NCBI GenBank assembly: GCA_934120315.1
Contig: CAKOTX010000003.1
Location: 3,661-67,660, forward strand
Direction of reading: 5' to 3'
Source of the DNA: an uncultured Clostridia bacterium
Lineage (GTDB): Bacteria; Bacillota; Clostridia; TANB77; CAG-508
Length of the DNA stretch: 64,000 nucleotides
Shown: in pieces, positions 10,620 through 22,825 of the stretch
Numbering within the stretch: position 1 is the first letter of the stretch
Layout: each line of letters opens with the position of its first letter
The notes under the pieces: model-generated
The model's input: only the letters and a program-made list of their open reading frames with translations
What the model was told of the DNA's origin: nothing
The model's database searches: none
Translations under genes and position numbers: made by a program

Positions 10620-12854
10620 TTACAACATACTATTAGGATTTATATCTACTGTAACTCTAGTATTTTTAAAATTACTTTCGTAAACTTGTTTCAAACAGTT
10701 ATTTATTATTTGATTAGCAGTATCTGTCATATTTCCTTTTATAATAATTCTCCATCTATATCTATTTTGTATTTTATCAACAGGTGAAGGCATTGGTTTT
10801 AATATGATGAATGTTTGTTCGTCTAGCTTATCTTTTAGATATGTATAGACCATATCAGACACTTTTATTATTTCATTTTCTATCAAACTATTAAATCCAA
10901 TTAATATTATATCGCAAAATGGTGGATATTTCAACTGTTTTCTTAAGGCAATTTCTGTATTATAAAACATTTTATAGTTTTGTTCTTTAGCACATTGAAT
11001 CGAAAAATTATCTGGATTATATGTTTGGATAATAACATTTCCTGGCAAATTTTCTCTTCCTGCTCTTCCCGCTACTTGAGTTAATATTTGAAATGTCCTT
11101 TCATTAGCTCTATAATCATCAATATTTAAACTACTATCAGCTGCAATTACACCAACAAGAGTTACATTTGGAAAATGATGACCTTTTACTACCATTTGTG
11201 TTCCTATTAATATATCTATATTTTCATTTTTAAATTTGTTTAGAATTTCTTCATGAGAGTTTTTCTTTGTTACAGTATCAATATCCATTCTTATTGTAGA
11301 TGCATTCGGAAATATTTTATGAATCTCATCTTCTAATTTTTGAGTTCCTGTTCCAAAATATCTAATTTTAGTACTATGACATTCAGGGCAAACAGTTACA
11401 ACATTTTCTTCATATCCACAATAATGACATTTCAATTTATTTTCGGTTCTATGATATGTCATACTAATATTACAATTTTTACATTTTACAGTATATCCGC
11501 ACTCTCTACACATTATAAAAGTAGAATATCCTCTTCTATTTAAAAACAAAATAGTTTGTCTTTTATCTTTTAAGTTTTGCTCTATTGCATCATGTAATTT
11601 AAAGCTTAGCATTGACCTATTTCCAGTTGCTAGTTCCATCTTTAAGTCTACTACTTCTACCTCCGGCAAATTTGAATTATTAGCCCTTCTAGTTAGTTCT
11701 AATAATGTTATATTGCCTTCATTTGCTTTATAATATGTAACAATATCTGGAGTTGCACTTCCTAATACTAATGGACAATTATTTTCTTTTGCAATTCTTT
11801 TGGCAATTTCTTTTGCATCATATTTAGGAACTGATTCTGATTTATACGAACTATCATGTTCCTCATCTATAATTATTACTCCTATATTTTCAATCGGAGC
11901 AAAAATTGCTGATCTTGCTCCAATAACAATTTGAGCTTTTCCCTCTTTGATTTTATTCCACTCATCATATCTTTCGCCTATTGAAAGTTTGCTATGTAAT
12001 ACTGCTATTTTTTCTTTATCAAATCTAGCAATAAAACGATCTATCATTTGAGGTGTTAATGATATTTCTGGTACTAATACAATAGCTGTTTTATTTAGGC
12101 TGATTGCTTTTTCTATTAGTTGTAAATATACTTCAGTTTTTCCCGAACCTGTTACTCCATATAATAGAAATTGTTCATATTCATTATTTAGCATGCTCCT
12201 TGTAATAGAATAATAAGCATTTTGCTGTTCATCTGTTAATTTTAAATTAGATGTTTTTTCTATTTGTTTGTTTACTAATGGATTTCTCTCTACCTTCTTT
12301 TCTACTATTTCTATATATTCATTCTTTTCTAATGTTTTTACAATTGCTCTTGTTCCTCCTGTAAATTCTTCAATCTCTGGAACAGTAGCACCTTCATTAG
12401 ACTTTAAAAATTGTAGAATTTTCTTTTGCTTTTCGGATTTTATTTTCCCCATATCTATATCAAATTGAATTTCATCTATACTTTTCTTTAAATACACTGC
12501 ATTAATTGTCTTATCTTGTACATTTTTTTCAACTTTTCTATTCTTAGTTCCCGGCGTTAACATTTGCTTTATACAATCTGATATATTACAAAAATATCTC
12601 TTTGCCATCCATTTTGCTAACTCAATTTGCTTTTCCGTTAAATTGTGTTTTATCTGATTTATCTCTTTTACTTCATATTCAGTATTTTCTTTTATTCCTA
12701 TTACATATCCCTCTTCTAATGCACTAGATTTTCCGAATGGTACAAGTACTGTGCTTCCTATCATTATTAATTCTTCTAAATTCTTTGGTATCTTATAATC
12801 AAATGTTCGGTTTAGTCTTTTTGCTGAACGATTTATTACTACTTCTGCTATCAT
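10620..12854 (-). CDS. priA: Primosomal protein N' (PriA helicase)
   Basis: GVTGSGKTEVY Walker A, DEEH box, Cys4 zinc fingers CRECGY...CHYCGY. Confidence 0.9.
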   Translation of the reverse strand: MIAEVVINRSAKRLNRTFDYKIPKNLEELIMIGSTVLVPFGKSSALEEGYVIGIKENTEYEVKEINQIKHNLTEKQIELAKWMAKRYFCNISDCIKQMLTPGTKNRKVEKNVQDKTINAVYLKKSIDEIQFDIDMGKIKSEKQKKILQFLKSNEGATVPEIEEFTGGTRAIVKTLEKNEYIEIVEKKVERNPLVNKQIEKTSNLKLTDEQQNAYYSITRSMLNNEYEQFLLYGVTGSGKTEVYLQLIEKAISLNKTAIVLVPEISLTPQMIDRFIARFDKEKIAVLHSKLSIGERYDEWNKIKEGKAQIVIGARSAIFAPIENIGVIIIDEEHDSSYKSESVPKYDAKEIAKRIAKENNCPLVLGSATPDIVTYYKANEGNITLLELTRRANNSNLPEVEVVDLKMELATGNRSMLSFKLHDAIEQNLKDKRQTILFLNRRGYSTFIMCRECGYTVKCKNCNISMTYHRTENKLKCHYCGYEENVVTVCPECHSTKIRYFGTGTQKLEDEIHKIFPNASTIRMDIDTVTKKNSHEEILNKFKNENIDILIGTQMVVKGHHFPNVTLVGVIAADSSLNIDDYRANERTFQILTQVAGRAGRENLPGNVIIQTYNPDNFSIQCAKEQNYKMFYNTEIALRKQLKYPPFCDIILIGFNSLIENEIIKVSDMVYTYLKDKLDEQTFIILKPMPSPVDKIQNRYRWRIIIKGNMTDTANQIINNCLKQVYESNFKNTRVTVDINPNSML

Positions 12855-12968
12855 GTTTGGCTAGAAGCCTCCTTTTCTTATTTTCGATTATTATCTTATC
12901 ATATTTTTTGTTTTTTTGCATTATTTTGATGATAAAAAAATAGAAAGAACAGCTTCAATCCATTCTTT

Positions 12969-13535
12969 CTATTTCTCATCTTCTAATCTCTTCTCATTTT
13001 GAATAATTGTTGTAATTATTTGAACAGTTTTTTCAAAATCATCATTTTTTAAAACATAATCATAAAGCTTTAATTTAGACTCTTCATAATCAAGTCTACT
13101 TAATCTTAACTCTATATCTTGAGCATTATCTCCTCTTTCAAATAATCTTCTTTTCAATTCTTCTTTTCCTACTTTTAGAAATATAGTAACAATTCTTGTA
13201 TCTCTTCCTAAAAGCTTAATTAGGTTTTCGGTGCCATTTACTTCAATGTCCTTTACAATAATCTTACCTTGGCTAATTTTTTCATTTAATAGTTTTCTAG
13301 ATGTTCCATAGTAATTTCCATGATGCACATCATACTCATAGAAATCTCCATTTTTAATTTTTTCTTCAAATTCTTCCTTAGTTATAAAATGATATTGGAC
13401 TCCTTCTTCTTCTGTTGGTCTTTTTTCTCTTGATGTAAAAGAAGGAAGAGTTATAACATCATCCATTCTCTTTAATAGTTCTTTTTTTATAGTATCTTTT
13501 CCTGCGCCAGATACTCCTGATAATATAACTAACAT
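12969..13535 (-). CDS. gmk: Guanylate kinase
   Basis: SGVSGAGKDT P-loop, TSR..R..E..G..Y.F motif. Confidence 0.9.
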   Translation of the reverse strand: MLVILSGVSGAGKDTIKKELLKRMDDVITLPSFTSREKRPTEEEGVQYHFITKEEFEEKIKNGDFYEYDVHHGNYYGTSRKLLNEKISQGKIIVKDIEVNGTENLIKLLGRDTRIVTIFLKVGKEELKRRLFERGDNAQDIELRLSRLDYEESKLKLYDYVLKNDDFEKTVQIITTIIQNEKRLEDEK

Positions 13536-13551
13536 AATTCTTCCTCAATTC

Positions 13552-13782
13552 TTATCTATTTTCTTCTTCTGCATCTTCTGCTGCTTCATCTGGTTCGATT
13601 ATTTCTACTTCTCCTTCAGCTATTTCATTTGCAGCAAGAGTTACTGGTGATTCTTCTTTAACCTTTGTTTTTACTTCTGCTCCACTTGCAATTTGTCTTG
13701 CTCTTTTTGATGTTGCTATAACTAATTCATATCTGTTTTTTGCTTTTGTTAATAATTCTTGTACTGTTGGTTTTACCATCAT
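13552..13782 (-). CDS. rpoZ: DNA-directed RNA polymerase subunit omega
   Basis: NRYELVIATSKRARQI core, 76 aa, next to gmk. Confidence 0.75.
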   Translation of the reverse strand: MMVKPTVQELLTKAKNRYELVIATSKRARQIASGAEVKTKVKEESPVTLAANEIAEGEVEIIEPDEAAEDAEEENR

Positions 13783-13809
13783 TTTAACATTACCTCCATT
13801 TTTTATTTT

Positions 13810-14085
13810 TTATTCTTCAGTTGGTGTTTGAGTAGGTGTTATATCTTTATCTACTCTACCAGCAACTGTTTCTGGCTGTACAGCTGACAATATAATATGT
13901 CCTGATTCCATAATTAAAACTGCTCTTGTACGTCTTCCATATGTAGCATCTACTGCTGTTTTAGCATCTTTGGCTTCTTGAACCATTCTTTTTATTGGTG
14001 CTGATTCTGGGCTAACTATTGCTACAATTTTATCTGCTGAAACTATGTTTCCAAATCCTATATTAACTAATTGCATTTTTTCCAC
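13810..14085 (-). CDS. remA: Extracellular matrix/biofilm regulator RemA (DUF370)
   Basis: [26 protein letters not shown] signature, about 90 aa, between yicC and gmk as in Bacillus. Confidence 0.8.
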   Translation of the reverse strand: MEKMQLVNIGFGNIVSADKIVAIVSPESAPIKRMVQEAKDAKTAVDATYGRRTRAVLIMESGHIILSAVQPETVAGRVDKDITPTQTPTEE

Positions 14086-14090
14086 CCTTT

Positions 14091-14966
14091 CTATTCAATA
14101 TTTTGTATTTGTTCTCTTATGTCTTCCAATATTGTTTTTATATCTACTACAATATTTGTTATTTCAAGATTGTTTGCTTTTGAACCTATTGTATTAGTTT
14201 CTCTATTCATTTCTTGAATTAAGAAATCCATCTTCTTTCCAATTGGTTCTTCTGAATTTATTAATTGTCTTAATTGATATATATGACTTCTTAATCTAGT
14301 AACTTCTTCGTCAACAGAACATTTATCTGCATATATAACAACTTCTTGCATCAATCTTGATTTGTCTAATTCTTCAGTTTTTAATAATTCTTTTACCCTT
14401 GCTTCTAATTTTACTACATATTCTTCGATAAGTCCAGTAGATAAGCCAAAAATCTCTTCATTTTTCTGCTCTATTCTAGCAATTTTGTCTAAAATGTCTT
14501 TTGAGATCTTTTCTCCTTCAACCTTTCTCATCTGAATTAGTTTATCTATTGCTTCATTTACTACTTGCAATAATTCTTCTTTTGTTTCATTTTCATCTAG
14601 ATTACTTTTTATTGTTAAGACATCTGGTAATTTTGTTATTTCAGTTACTTCTATATTACTTGATAGATTTTCCGCTTCTGCTAATTCTCTCAAACTTTGT
14701 ATATATATCTGCGCCAATTCTGTATTTATTTTAACATCATTACCATCTTTGCTATAATTTTCAAAAGATATTTGTATATCAACTTTTCCTCTTTTAATTC
14801 TTGATACAACAAGTTTTCTAACATCTTCTTCTAGATAGCTTATAATGCGTGGCATTTTTATATTTACATCTATATATTTATGATTTACTGTTTTAATTTC
14901 AACTTGATATTCTCTTGAATTAATTGATAAACTACTTTTTCCATAGCCTGTCATACTTTTAATCAT
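14091..14966 (-). CDS. yicC: YicC/YloC family stress-induced protein
   Basis: N-terminal MTGYGK...; 291 aa; conserved position. Confidence 0.85.
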   Translation of the reverse strand: MIKSMTGYGKSSLSINSREYQVEIKTVNHKYIDVNIKMPRIISYLEEDVRKLVVSRIKRGKVDIQISFENYSKDGNDVKINTELAQIYIQSLRELAEAENLSSNIEVTEITKLPDVLTIKSNLDENETKEELLQVVNEAIDKLIQMRKVEGEKISKDILDKIARIEQKNEEIFGLSTGLIEEYVVKLEARVKELLKTEELDKSRLMQEVVIYADKCSVDEEVTRLRSHIYQLRQLINSEEPIGKKMDFLIQEMNRETNTIGSKANNLEITNIVVDIKTILEDIREQIQNIE

Positions 14967-15441
14967 TTTCTATTTCCTCGTTTTCATTTACATTTTTTCT
15001 TTTTGAGATTTTCTTTACAGGTTCATCTTTTACAATGTCTTTAATATCACTCATATTTTCTAATTCATCTTGATTTTGTTTTGTATATAATATTGCATTT
15101 TTCAATAATGTATATACTACAAATAAGTTTGCTCCAGCTAAAGTATAAACTTCTATACTACAATTAATTACCTTTGGTACATGTTTTGTTAATAGTGTAA
15201 ATACTGCTATTACTGCTATTTCTACTCCAGATAAAAATATGTATTCATTTGATTTTTTATATGATACTTCCATTGCTATTATAGCTATTCCAAGAAATAT
15301 TAAACTTGATATGTCTGTATATCTATATAAAATAGATGAATCTAGTCTTGTATATTGCGTGCTAAATATAACAAAATATATTATTGCAACTAATGCTATT
15401 ATTAAATTTATTAATACTTTTTTCAAAAATTCTTTTTTCAT
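14959..15441 (-). CDS. Hypothetical membrane protein
   Basis: 4 predicted TM helices with an acidic C-terminal tail. Confidence 0.5.
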   Translation of the reverse strand: MKKEFLKKVLINLIIALVAIIYFVIFSTQYTRLDSSILYRYTDISSLIFLGIAIIAMEVSYKKSNEYIFLSGVEIAVIAVFTLLTKHVPKVINCSIEVYTLAGANLFVVYTLLKNAILYTKQNQDELENMSDIKDIVKDEPVKKISKRKNVNENEEIEND

Positions 15442-15458
15442 TTTTTCTCCTCTGTATA

Positions 15459-16214
15459 TCAGAATTCACTAAACTCATACATTATTACACTTAATATGTT
15501 TAATGCAACTGTTTCTGTTCTTAATATTATATTTCCTAATGTTACAATCTTAGCTCCATTTTGTTGTAACTCTTCTACATCTTTTTCTTCTAATCCGCCT
15601 TCTGGGCCAATTACAACTGCTATCTTGATTTCTGATTTTGCTTTTAACATTTCTTTTATTGATTTTAATTCTTTTTTTAAAGAATTTGTCTTTTCGTTTT
15701 CATAACATACAATTATTGCATCATATTCATCTTTGATATTTATTAAATCTTTTATTGTATGTATATTTTTTACTTGTGGTATTGTGTTTCTTCCACTTTG
15801 TTTTGCTGCACTTTCAGCTATTTTCTGCCATCTTTCAATCTTCTTACTTTCATTTTTGGCATCTAGCTTTACTACACATCTTTTCATTTCAACTGGTATT
15901 ATTGCATTTACTCCTAATTCTACTGATTTTTGAATTATTAGTTCCATCTTGTCCGCTTTTGGTAGACCTTGATATATGTCTACTTTTATTCCATTTTCTT
16001 TATCTAATAGTTCTTCTAAAATTCGTAATTCTATATTGTCATTAGAAATAGTAGTTATGTTGCATTTATATGCTTTTCCTGTATTCTGATTGCAGATTTC
16101 TACGTTTTCTCCTATCTGCTTTCTTAATACATTTTTTATATGATTTACATCTTCTCCTGCTATAACTATTTTATCATTATTTACTTGATTGTTTTTTACA
16201 AAAAATCTTGGCAT
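15459..16214 (-). CDS. rsmE: 16S rRNA (uracil1498-N3)-methyltransferase RsmE
   Basis: PRFFV N-terminus, GPEGG...E, SPOUT C-terminus (ILRTETVALN); start trimmed to the MPRFF ATG. Confidence 0.8.
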   Translation of the reverse strand: MPRFFVKNNQVNNDKIVIAGEDVNHIKNVLRKQIGENVEICNQNTGKAYKCNITTISNDNIELRILEELLDKENGIKVDIYQGLPKADKMELIIQKSVELGVNAIIPVEMKRCVVKLDAKNESKKIERWQKIAESAAKQSGRNTIPQVKNIHTIKDLINIKDEYDAIIVCYENEKTNSLKKELKSIKEMLKAKSEIKIAVVIGPEGGLEEKDVEELQQNGAKIVTLGNIILRTETVALNILSVIMYEFSEF

Positions 16215-16286
16215 GTCTTTCTCCTTTAATGTATATATTATATTACTTTTTTTGATTTTTAGCAATATTCTTTTAAGTATCACATA

Positions 16287-16733
16287 CTAAATTATTTTAT
16301 TTTGCATATAACATTTATATATGTAATCTGGATTTTCATAATACATACTACTATTATAGTTATCTATCTTATTTATAATCCATGATGACAATATTTTTAT
16401 TAATGTATCTATATATTCTTCTTCATTATCATTTACTTTTTTTATTAATATTTGATATGTTCTTCCTAATTCCCAAATAGTTGGTATTCTATATTTACAT
16501 TCAGATATTATGTCATAGATTCCATTTTCAATTTTACATTTTTTTATTAATTCATCTGAAACTTTTTCAATATTTTCAGAATGATACACTTCAGCTAATT
16601 CATATATTTTATTTATATTTTCTTTTCCTAATTTCTCTACTACATATTTCTTTGTATTTTTAGTTTTTCTTGCAATATTTTCTATCAAACTACATACAAA
16701 AAACAAATCATTATCTTTTTGTGACTCGCCCAT
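16287..16733 (-). CDS. DUF3791-like hypothetical protein
   Basis: Recalled family pattern and tight pairing with the next gene (3-nt gap); not searched. Confidence 0.4.
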   Translation of the reverse strand: MGESQKDNDLFFVCSLIENIARKTKNTKKYVVEKLGKENINKIYELAEVYHSENIEKVSDELIKKCKIENGIYDIISECKYRIPTIWELGRTYQILIKKVNDNEEEYIDTLIKILSSWIINKIDNYNSSMYYENPDYIYKCYMQNKII

Positions 16734-16736
16734 ATT

Positions 16737-17207
16737 TTATATCTCCTTTGTTCCTACAAACTTTATGCATTTTAACGCTTCATCTGTGCAAAATGCAATT
16801 TGATGTGTTGGATGTCTAAATTTAGCAAGCTCCCAAAAAGCTTCTCTTGTGATATTTCCATTTATCAAATCATTAACATAGTTATATACTTGATCATCTG
16901 CCATTGCACCAATTACTATATCGTATTCATGTTCTTTTCCACTTCTACAATTTATTATAAAATCCAACCATTCTTCTGTCATTATTGTAAATTCTTTTAT
17001 TTTTAATTGCGTATTTTCATTATATTCATACATATTTATAACTGGTGTATTATACTTTTTTGCCCATTTTTCTGCTTGTTCTGATAATATTGTACAATAA
17101 AAACCTTGTCCAAAATCCTTAGTATATTCTCCTTCTATAATTTTAGGTTCTTCTACTTTGCAATAACTTCCATGATATATTATTTGCATATAATTATCTC
17201 CTTTCAA
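16737..17207 (-). CDS. DUF3990-like hypothetical protein
   Basis: YHGS ... DFGQGFY motif typical of DUF3990 as recalled; adjacent to DUF3791-like gene. Confidence 0.45.
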   Translation of the reverse strand: MKGDNYMQIIYHGSYCKVEEPKIIEGEYTKDFGQGFYCTILSEQAEKWAKKYNTPVINMYEYNENTQLKIKEFTIMTEEWLDFIINCRSGKEHEYDIVIGAMADDQVYNYVNDLINGNITREAFWELAKFRHPTHQIAFCTDEALKCIKFVGTKEI

Positions 17208-17243
17208 GTTTTATTACACTATTTATTCTTTGATTATTATATT

Positions 17244-17277
17244 ATAAAAAGCAGATAATTGCAACTAATTATCTGCC
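17244..17277 (-). terminator. Intrinsic terminator after rfbB
   Basis: gcagataatt/gcaac/aattatctgc stem with flanking A/T runs. Confidence 0.6.
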
Positions 17278-17293
17278 TTTTGTAATATTAAAA

Positions 17294-18259
17294 TTATTTC
17301 AACCAATCTGGATTTGCTAAATACCAATCAATAGTTTTAACAATTCCATCTTCGAATTTTGTTTCAGGTTCCCAACCTAATTCTGTTTTAATTTTAGTTG
17401 GATCTATTGCATATCTGTAATCATGACCTTTTCTATCAGCAACATGTTCAATTAAATCTTCTGATTTTCCTAAACGTTTTAAAATAAGTTTAACAATCTC
17501 GATATTTCTCTTTTCATTGTGTCCACCTATATTATATCTTTCTCCAGCTCTACCATTGTGAAATACCATATCTATTGCTTTGCAATGGTCCTCTACATAT
17601 AACCAATCTCTTATATTAGTTCCTTCACCATATACAGGTAATTTTTCATTATTTAGAGCTAATTTAATCATATGTGGTATTAATTTTTCATTGTGTTGAT
17701 ATGGTCCATAATTGTTTGAACAGTTTGTTACAGTCACATTCATTTTATACGTTGTATGATATGCTAATGCAACTAAATCTGAACTTGCTTTTGATGCTGA
17801 ATATGGGCTACTTGGTTGAATTGGAGATGTTTCTGTAAAATATCCTGTTTCTCCTAATGCACCATATACTTCATCTGTTGAGATATGTACAAATTTGTTT
17901 TCTGAACCTTCTCCCCATGCTCTTCTTGCTGCTTCTAATAATGTATGTGTTCCTAATACATTTGTTTTTGTAAATACAAATGGTGTTTTTATACTATTAT
18001 CTACATGTGATTCTGCTGCAAAGTGGATTACTCCATTTATTTGATATTTTTCAAATACTTCTTGCATTTTTTCAAAATCACATATGTCTGCTTGTACAAA
18101 TGTAATTTTGTCTTTTACTTTATCTAAATTTGCTAGATTTCCTGCATATGTTAATTTATCTACTACTATTACATTATAGTCAGGATGTTTATTTACAAAA
18201 TATTCTGCAAAATTTGCTCCTATAAATCCTGCTGCTCCTGTTACCATTACATTTTTCAT
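17294..18259 (-). CDS. rfbB: dTDP-glucose 4,6-dehydratase
   Basis: TGAAGFIG Rossmann motif, YSASK catalytic motif. Confidence 0.9.
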   Translation of the reverse strand: MKNVMVTGAAGFIGANFAEYFVNKHPDYNVIVVDKLTYAGNLANLDKVKDKITFVQADICDFEKMQEVFEKYQINGVIHFAAESHVDNSIKTPFVFTKTNVLGTHTLLEAARRAWGEGSENKFVHISTDEVYGALGETGYFTETSPIQPSSPYSASKASSDLVALAYHTTYKMNVTVTNCSNNYGPYQHNEKLIPHMIKLALNNEKLPVYGEGTNIRDWLYVEDHCKAIDMVFHNGRAGERYNIGGHNEKRNIEIVKLILKRLGKSEDLIEHVADRKGHDYRYAIDPTKIKTELGWEPETKFEDGIVKTIDWYLANPDWLK

Positions 18260-18273
18260 TTTTCATTTCTCCC

Positions 18274-18864
18274 TTATTTTAAATTTTTGAATAAATCTGT
18301 TTCTCTTAATTCTTTTAATGATGGCCATTTTGCATCTTTTTCAGATGTTAATAAATCTTCTGGTTTTAAATCTCCCATAGGCCATTCAATTCCTATGTCT
18401 GGGTCATCAAATTTTAAGCCACCTTCTGCTTCGTGATTATATATATCATCACATTTATATGCAAATTCAGCTTCATCTGATAATACTAAAAATCCATGTG
18501 CAAATCCCTTTGGAATCATAAACATTTTCTTATTTTCTTCTGTTAAAACTACGCCTTCCCATTTTCCATATGTTTTGCTTCCTGGTCGTAGGTCTACAGC
18601 AACATCAAATACTTCTCCTTTAATACATCTTACTAATTTTGCTTGTGTATTTTCTTTTTGAAAATGTAATCCTCTTAAAACACCTTTTTTAGATTTTGAT
18701 TGATTGTCTTGTACAAAGTCATAATCTAATCCAATTTCAGCAAAATCAGCTTTGCTATATGTCTCCATGAAATATCCTCTGTTATCTCCAAATACTGTTG
18801 GTTCAACTATACATACTCCATCTATTGAGGTATCAATTCTTTTAAATTTTCCCATTTTTTTCAT
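18274..18864 (-). CDS. rfbC: dTDP-4-dehydrorhamnose 3,5-epimerase
   Basis: RmlC cupin family motifs (RGLHFQ). Confidence 0.9.
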   Translation of the reverse strand: MKKMGKFKRIDTSIDGVCIVEPTVFGDNRGYFMETYSKADFAEIGLDYDFVQDNQSKSKKGVLRGLHFQKENTQAKLVRCIKGEVFDVAVDLRPGSKTYGKWEGVVLTEENKKMFMIPKGFAHGFLVLSDEAEFAYKCDDIYNHEAEGGLKFDDPDIGIEWPMGDLKPEDLLTSEKDAKWPSLKELRETDLFKNLK

Positions 18865-18869
18865 CCTTT

Positions 18870-19760
18870 CTATTCTTCACCAAAAACATCTTCTGCTACA
18901 TCTTTTAAATATTTTCCATAATCTGTTTTCATGTATTTTTGAGCTAATTCTAATAATTGTTCATTATTTATCCAGCCTTTGTCAAATGCAATTTCTTCTG
19001 GACAGCAAATTTGTAATCCTTGTCTTTTTTGGATTGTTTGAACAAAGCTTGCTGTTTCGATTAATGCATCATGTGTTCCTGTATCAAACCATGTCATTCC
19101 TCTGCCTAATTTTTCTACTTTAAGTTGTCCACGTTTCATATATTCTTCATTTACTGTTGTTATTTCTAATTCGCCTCTTGCTGATGGTTTTACATTTTTA
19201 GCAATATCAATTACTTCATTTGTATAGAAGTATAATCCTGGCACTGCATAATTTGATTTTGGTTCAGCTGGTTTTTCTTCTATTGATACAGCTTTTCCGT
19301 CTTTATCTATTTCTACAACACCATATGCTCTAGGATCTTTAACGTAATATCCAAATATTGTTGCTTCATTTTCTCTTTCATTTGCCTCTTTTAATTTTTC
19401 AGCAAGATGTTCTCCATAAAACATGTTGTCTCCTAAAATCATAGCAACATTATCTTCTCCAATAAAATCTTCTCCTATTATAAATGCTTCTGCTAGTCCA
19501 TTTGGTTTTTCTTGGATTTTGTATTCAAAGTGCATTCCCCATTGACTACCATCTCCAAGTAAATCTTTAAATGTTTCTGCATCTCTAGGAGTTGTAATTA
19601 TTAGCACTTCTCTTATATCTGCTTGCATTAAAATTGATAATGGATAATATATCATTGGCTTGTCATATACGGGCATTATTTGTTTTGATATTGCAAGTGT
19701 TAATGGATATAATCTTGTTCCACTTCCTCCTGCTAATATAATTCCTTTTCTATTTTTCAT
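18870..19760 (-). CDS. rfbA: Glucose-1-phosphate thymidylyltransferase
   Basis: [11 protein letters not shown] nucleotidyltransferase motif. Confidence 0.9.
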   Translation of the reverse strand: MKNRKGIILAGGSGTRLYPLTLAISKQIMPVYDKPMIYYPLSILMQADIREVLIITTPRDAETFKDLLGDGSQWGMHFEYKIQEKPNGLAEAFIIGEDFIGEDNVAMILGDNMFYGEHLAEKLKEANERENEATIFGYYVKDPRAYGVVEIDKDGKAVSIEEKPAEPKSNYAVPGLYFYTNEVIDIAKNVKPSARGELEITTVNEEYMKRGQLKVEKLGRGMTWFDTGTHDALIETASFVQTIQKRQGLQICCPEEIAFDKGWINNEQLLELAQKYMKTDYGKYLKDVAEDVFGEE

Positions 19761-19775
19761 AAAACGACTTCCTTT

Positions 19776-20648
19776 CTATTGCTCTAAATTTTTAGCTTCT
19801 TCTAAGTATCTCTTTAATCCATCTTTCCACTCAGGAACTTTTATTCCACATGCTTCAAGTTTTGCTTTTGACATTTGTGAATTAAATGGTCTTTTGGCTT
19901 GTGTTACTTTCATCATTTCTATATATTCTTCTGTTGTTACTGGATTTACTTTACATTCAATTCCTTGCTCAGCAAGTATTTCTTTTGTAAAGTCATACCA
20001 TGTTGTATATCCTTCATTTGTAGCATTATATATTCCATAAGGAATTTTCTTTTCTATTGCTTGATATATTATTTCTGTTAAATCTTTTGCATATGTCGGA
20101 CTTCCATGTTGGTCTGCAACTACATTTATTTCATCTCTTGTTGAACCAAGTTTTGTCATTGTTTTTACAAAGTTGTTTCCTCCAACTCCATATAACCATG
20201 CTGTTCTAAATATGTAATATTCATCCATGTTTGATGCAATTCCTTCTTCTCCATGTAGTTTTGTTTTTCCATATACTGTTACTGGTGTTTTTGGATCATC
20301 TTCTTTATAGTCTTTAGATAAATCTAAATCTCCTCCAAATACATAATCTGTTGAGATATGTACTAATTTTGCTCCAGCTACTTTTGCTGCTTTTGCTAAA
20401 TTTGTTGGTCCATCACCATTTATTTTGTCTGCTAATTCATAACATTCTTCTGCTTTGTCTACCGCTGTAAATGCTGCACAGTTTATTATATAGTCTGGTT
20501 TTAGATTCATTACATAATCCATTACCGCTTGTCCATTTGTGATATCTAATTCAGCAACATCTGTTGCAATTACTTCATTTCCTTTCTCGAATTTTTCTCT
20601 TACTTCTTTTGCTAACATTCCGTTAGCTCCTGTTACTAATATTTTCAT
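19776..20648 (-). CDS. rfbD: dTDP-4-dehydrorhamnose reductase
   Basis: RmlD family, GANGMLA NAD(P)-binding motif. Confidence 0.9.
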   Translation of the reverse strand: MKILVTGANGMLAKEVREKFEKGNEVIATDVAELDITNGQAVMDYVMNLKPDYIINCAAFTAVDKAEECYELADKINGDGPTNLAKAAKVAGAKLVHISTDYVFGGDLDLSKDYKEDDPKTPVTVYGKTKLHGEEGIASNMDEYYIFRTAWLYGVGGNNFVKTMTKLGSTRDEINVVADQHGSPTYAKDLTEIIYQAIEKKIPYGIYNATNEGYTTWYDFTKEILAEQGIECKVNPVTTEEYIEMMKVTQAKRPFNSQMSKAKLEACGIKVPEWKDGLKRYLEEAKNLEQ

Positions 20649-20702
20649 TTGGAACCTCCATTTTTATTGAGTTTTAATTTCGCACTTATAATATCACATA
20701 TC

Positions 20703-20736
20703 AAAAAAAAGTACAAGTGCTCACTTATACTTTTTT
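20703..20736. terminator. Bidirectional hairpin between the rpiB-like gene and the rfb operon
   Basis: agtacaagtg/ctc/acttatact stem flanked by an A-run and a T-run. Confidence 0.5.
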
Positions 20737-20744
20737 CTGATTTA

Positions 20745-21395
20745 TTAATTTGCTATTATTGTTTTTAGATATTCTTTTATTTCTCTATCTTCTGCATTTT
20801 CAAAGAAATACTTTTTAAATTGTTCTCTATCAATTGTTTGCTTCAAAAACTCTTGGTCAATTTCTTTTAAAATTGTTAGCATATCTTTATGAGTAACTTC
20901 TTTTACACTATCTAATATCTTTTTATTGGTTTGTTCAGGAACAACTCTCTCTTTTGGATATCCGCCACCAAATTCGGTTTCAAATAATTTTTCAAAGATA
21001 TATGTAAGTGTAAGTTCACTTCCCCATCCAAATCCTTTTGCATATCCAATTGCAACTGCATTTCCAGCATTTATTTGTCCAAATAAATAAGCATCTGTTG
21101 GATCTACTATATGACCACATAAAACCTTTGGAAAACTATTTAATGCAAGCATTGCTCCTTCTCCAGTTCCACAACCAGTCACTATAAAATCTGCTGCCTT
21201 TGAGTTTATTAGTATTCCTGCTAATAATCCTGCTTGAACATATGTTAAATTGTTATCTTCTGTATTCTCCATTCCATAATTAAAAACTTCATGTCCATAT
21301 TTTTCTGCCACTGGTTTTAATGCATCATATATTATTTTATTTTTTGATGCTTGACTATTTTCATTTATTAATGCTATTTTCATCTTTACCTCCAT
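20745..21395 (-). CDS. RpiB/LacA/LacB family sugar-phosphate isomerase, extended form
   Basis: GCGTGEGAMLALN active-site region; 216 aa with a C-terminal extension. Confidence 0.7.
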   Translation of the reverse strand: MEVKMKIALINENSQASKNKIIYDALKPVAEKYGHEVFNYGMENTEDNNLTYVQAGLLAGILINSKAADFIVTGCGTGEGAMLALNSFPKVLCGHIVDPTDAYLFGQINAGNAVAIGYAKGFGWGSELTLTYIFEKLFETEFGGGYPKERVVPEQTNKKILDSVKEVTHKDMLTILKEIDQEFLKQTIDREQFKKYFFENAEDREIKEYLKTIIAN

Positions 21396-21443
21396 TTAAT
21401 AATAAAGCGCTACTTAAAAAGTAACGCCTTATTATGTTTAAAA

Positions 21444-22775
<1,332 letters not shown>

Positions 22776-22825
22776 TCATGTATATAGTATGAAACAATTA
22801 TTATAAATGTAATCAATAAATCAAA

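Noticed and set aside
13552-13782. Possibility that the 76-aa ORF is something other than rpoZ because the gene order (remA-rpoZ-gmk) differs from B. subtilis (remA-gmk-rpoZ)
   Set aside because: The sequence core matches the omega subunit well, and the order difference is a simple local rearrangement; no coaBC lies between it and priA.
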